DNA from: Bacteroidales bacterium
GTDB taxonomy: Bacteria > Bacteroidota > Bacteroidia > Bacteroidales > M50B96
Reading direction: 5' to 3'
Length of the DNA: 64,000 nt
Assembly: GCA_018401015.1 (NCBI GenBank)
Contig: JAGYLP010000005.1
Location: 30,411-94,410 of the forward strand
How positions within the stretch are numbered: position 1 is the first letter of the stretch; each line of letters begins with the position of its first letter. The position numbers and the translations under genes were made by a program. Shown piece by piece: positions 61,214 through 64,000 of the stretch. Below the pieces are notes generated by a model. It saw only the letters and a list, made by a program, of their open reading frames with translations. It did no database searches and had not been told where the DNA came from.

Positions 61214-61627
61214 TCAAGAAATCCATTCCATATAGGACTGCAGGATAATGGCAGCGCTAATCTTATCGACCATTGCCTTATCTTGCCTTTGCTTCTTTTT
61301 TAGTCCTCCATCAATCATGGATTGGAAAGCCATTTTGGAAGTAAACCGTTCATCGAAGGTGACAACCGGAATCGTAGGCAACTCTTTCTGCAACTTCTTT
61401 AAGAAAGGATTGACATACATGAGCGCTTCGCTCGCTTCGTTCTTAAGCGTAAGCGGGTATCCTACAATAATTTTCTCCACCTCCTCGCGAGCCACGTAGC
61501 TCTTTAGAAAATCGAAAACCTGAGCGCTCGAAACGGTATCCAAGGGAGTGGCGATAAGCTGCAATGGATCGCTTACGGCAATCCCGGTACGTTTACGACC
61601 ATAATCAATTGCTAACAGTCTAGCCAT
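61214..61627 (-). CDS. ruvX: YqgF/RuvX RNase H-fold nuclease
   Basis: LAIDYG.KRTGIAVSD, DERFTS, VD.ISA.IILQ. Confidence 0.95.
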   Translation of the reverse strand: MARLLAIDYGRKRTGIAVSDPLQLIATPLDTVSSAQVFDFLKSYVAREEVEKIIVGYPLTLKNEASEALMYVNPFLKKLQKELPTIPVVTFDERFTSKMAFQSMIDGGLKKKQRQDKAMVDKISAAIILQSYMEWIS

Positions 61628-62549
61628 GACCCGATAAGTATTTAGGTGAGCGAGGATGGAAATCCATCATCGTTTGTTTCAAATAATCTTTATCCAAATG
61701 CGTATAAATCTCGGTGGTTACAATCGATTCGTGGCCTAACATGGCTTGCACCGAACGCAAATCGGCCCCTCCTTCCACCAAATGCGTTGCAAAAGAGTGC
61801 CGAAACGTATGGGGACTAATATTTTTGGCAATTCCTGCGGCCTGGGCTAAATCCTTCACAATGTTAAAAATCATCACCCTGCTCAAAGGTTTCGACCTAC
61901 GACTAAGAAAAACCACATCGGAATGAGCCGAAGTAGGACTCAGGTTTCGACGGAAATGATTCACATACAAATCGAGCGCATGCAATGCTTTCTCCGATAT
62001 TGGGACCAACCGTTGCTTACTTCCTTTCCCCTCTACCAGAACATACGCTTCTTTCCGATGGATGCGCGACCACAACAAGCCAATTAACTCCGACACGCGT
62101 AATCCGCAACTGTATAAAACTTCAATAATTGCCAGATTCCGATGCCCTTCCGGTTTGCTGAGATCGATCGCTGCTTCCATCGCATCAATTTCCTGGACAC
62201 TCAACACCTGAGGCAGTTTTCGCCCCAAGCGAGGAGCCAGGATAAAAGCACTGGGATCGACCGTCAAGTAATCGTCGAGCAATAAATAACGGAAGAAAGC
62301 GCGGAGAGCAGACAAGAAACGACTAGAAGAGCTAGCCTGAATTCCTTGTTTGCCCAAAAAGAGCAAAAAAGCTCGTATATGTAGTGCCTCGACCTGATTC
62401 GGTGCGATCTCCCCATACTCCCACATCAGAAATTCCGAAAACTGGCGGACGTCCTTTTGATAGGCTTTGATACTGTTTATCGACAAGGCTTTTTCCAACA
62501 TTAAATAATTGGTAAAGTCCTCAATTTTATCCTTCCATTCCTGCTCCAT
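61620..62549 (-). CDS. xerD: Site-specific tyrosine recombinase XerD
   Basis: LYSCGLRVSEL, GKGSKQRLVP, SPHTFRHSFATHL, LGHESI.TTEIY. Confidence 0.9.
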   Translation of the reverse strand: MEQEWKDKIEDFTNYLMLEKALSINSIKAYQKDVRQFSEFLMWEYGEIAPNQVEALHIRAFLLFLGKQGIQASSSSRFLSALRAFFRYLLLDDYLTVDPSAFILAPRLGRKLPQVLSVQEIDAMEAAIDLSKPEGHRNLAIIEVLYSCGLRVSELIGLLWSRIHRKEAYVLVEGKGSKQRLVPISEKALHALDLYVNHFRRNLSPTSAHSDVVFLSRRSKPLSRVMIFNIVKDLAQAAGIAKNISPHTFRHSFATHLVEGGADLRSVQAMLGHESIVTTEIYTHLDKDYLKQTMMDFHPRSPKYLSGHG

Positions 62550-62560
62550 AACGATGCAAA

Positions 62561-62594
62561 CAAAGATAAGAATACTGGATAATTATTACTTTTG
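62561..62594. promoter_or_regulatory. Back-to-back -7 elements: TATCTTTG (minus, 62561-62568, xerD) and TACTTTTG (plus, 62587-62594, idi)
   Basis: Two exact TAnnTTTG motifs in a divergent spacer. Confidence 0.6.
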
Positions 62595-62624
62595 CAGGAA
62601 CTTTTTCGAGTAGAAAAAAAACAA

Positions 62625-63659
62625 ATGGATTCTTACCGTGTTTCTTCTTTCTACTCAACTAAAGGCATGGAAAATAGAAAAAAAGACCATATTGATTTGG
62701 CGTTCCAATCGCGAACGGCTCACCCTGAAAACGACCCACGATTCTATTACGAACCTTTGCTCGCTCCGCATCCGGTTAATCAGTTCCCAACCATCCCATT
62801 TTTGGGAAAACAACTCAAACATCCTATTTGGATTAGCAGCATGACCGGAGGCACCGCCCATGCTGGAACCATTAACCGAAACCTTGCTCAAGCATGCCGG
62901 GAATTCGGACTCGGAATGGGCCTTGGATCATGTAGAATCCTACTCGATAGCGATGAATACTTACCGGATTTTGCCATGCGACCAGTTATCGGCCCCGATC
63001 AGCCGCTCGTTGCAAACCTCGGTATAGCCCAAATCGAAAACTTACTCTTACTCGACCAGTTACATAAAGTCGATGAACTCGTAGAAAAACTAGAAGCCGA
63101 CGGTATTTTCATTCATATCAACCCCTTTCAGGAATATTTTCAGCCAGAAGGCGACCGCTTGCGAAAAGCACCCATCGATACCCTCCGGGAAGTACTTCCA
63201 CAACTCCGTTCTAAAGTGCTCGTGAAAGAAGTTGGACAAGGCATGGGCAAAGAATCGCTTCGAGCCTTACTTGAATTGCCCATTGCAGGAATTGAATTAG
63301 CAGCCTTTGGCGGAACAAATTTTGCCAAACTCGAAATGCTCCGAGCTAGCGAAGCTTACCGGGAATTATTCGAACCATTCTCTAAAATCGGGCAAACCGC
63401 CGAAGAAATGGTCGACCTTTTAAATACACTTTTTCAGGGGAAAGTCCAAGTCCACAAGCCCGAAATCATTCTTTCGGGAGGAATAAAATCTTACCTCGAT
63501 GGTTATTACCTCATGGAAAAACTTACCATCACTTCAATTTACGGACAGGCTTCGGCCTTCTTGAAACACGCTACCGGCGATTACTCCGATTTGCAAGCCT
63601 TTGTGAAGGCTCAAATTGATGGATTTCGTCTGGCTCAAAATTATTTACGTATAAAATAA
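62625..63659 (+). CDS. fni: Type 2 (FMN-dependent) isopentenyl-diphosphate delta-isomerase; start may be 62667
   Basis: RKKDHI, SSMTGG, MGLGS, ANLG, HINPFQE..QPEGD, VKEVG.G, GGTNF. Confidence 0.92.
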   Translation: MDSYRVSSFYSTKGMENRKKDHIDLAFQSRTAHPENDPRFYYEPLLAPHPVNQFPTIPFLGKQLKHPIWISSMTGGTAHAGTINRNLAQACREFGLGMGLGSCRILLDSDEYLPDFAMRPVIGPDQPLVANLGIAQIENLLLLDQLHKVDELVEKLEADGIFIHINPFQEYFQPEGDRLRKAPIDTLREVLPQLRSKVLVKEVGQGMGKESLRALLELPIAGIELAAFGGTNFAKLEMLRASEAYRELFEPFSKIGQTAEEMVDLLNTLFQGKVQVHKPEIILSGGIKSYLDGYYLMEKLTITSIYGQASAFLKHATGDYSDLQAFVKAQIDGFRLAQNYLRIK

Positions 63660-63674
63660 CGCGATAGTTAAATC

Positions 63675-64000
63675 ATGACGACAAACACGAACGGGAAATT
63701 GGTGAGTGGATTTTCCAAAATGTCGAAAATCGACAAACTAAACTGGGTCGCTCAGCAACTTACCGATTCCGAAGGAGCCCTTGAAGACTTAAAAGATTTT
63801 TGGCACCCTAAAGAGGAAATCCAAAAACTCCTCGATGAATTTAGCGAGAATACCATCTCCAATTTTGCAGTTCCTTTTGGCGTAGCTCCGAATTTTATCA
63901 TCAACGGGAAACCCTACGTCGTTCCCATGGTCATTGAAGAAAGTTCGGTTATTGCAGCGGCTTCCAATGCCGCTAAATTTTGGTCGAAATACGGTGGATT
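63675..64000 (+). CDS. mvaA: Class II HMG-CoA reductase (3' truncated by window; not in the ORF track)
   Basis: Manual translation: MTTNTNGKLVSGFSKMSK...EFSENTISNF.VPFGVAPNF.INGK.Y.VPMVIEESSVIAAASNAAK. Confidence 0.9.
   Translation, partial: MTTNTNGKLVSGFSKMSKIDKLNWVAQQLTDSEGALEDLKDFWHPKEEIQKLLDEFSENTISNFAVPFGVAPNFIINGKPYVVPMVIEESSVIAAASNAAKFWSKYGG

Noticed and set aside
61620-62549. Tyrosine recombinase as an integrase of a mobile element
   Set aside because: Typical XerD length and motifs, overlaps ruvX in a housekeeping operon; no att repeats or cargo genes.

Overview
64 kb of core chromosome from a Bacteroidota bacterium, probably Bacteroidales-like. Evidence: repeated TAnnTTTG -7 promoters, no obvious Shine-Dalgarno sites, and Bacteroidota-type rpoZ, murA, DUF4290 and DUF4835. 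About 52 tightly packed, mostly housekeeping genes: dnaX, prmA, rpmE2, lon, hutI, pheT, pgi, bamD-rpoZ-coaBC-DUF4835-recN-aroE, sppA, amn, holA, wza-wzc, glgB, uvrD, murA, tgt, def, ruvX, xerD, and IDI-2 plus HMG-CoA reductase. I saw no tRNA, rRNA, CRISPR array, prophage or IS. Top candidate system: a 20-bp palindrome (TTAGGTA-N6-TACYTAA) found once in the promoter of a PepSY_TM + Fe-S-type Rrf2 operon and up to three times upstream of a Cys-rich ferredoxin gene 14 kb away, with a structured non-coding element on the opposite strand next to it. Also notable: an A10 recoding site in dnaX with immediate stops in both shifted frames, an indel-riddled zone at about 4.29-5.09 kb (probably consensus error), a ~1500-aa beta-rich exported protein of unknown function, and an orphan ThiF-ThiS pair. 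All calls come from manual reading of motifs; no database searches were run.
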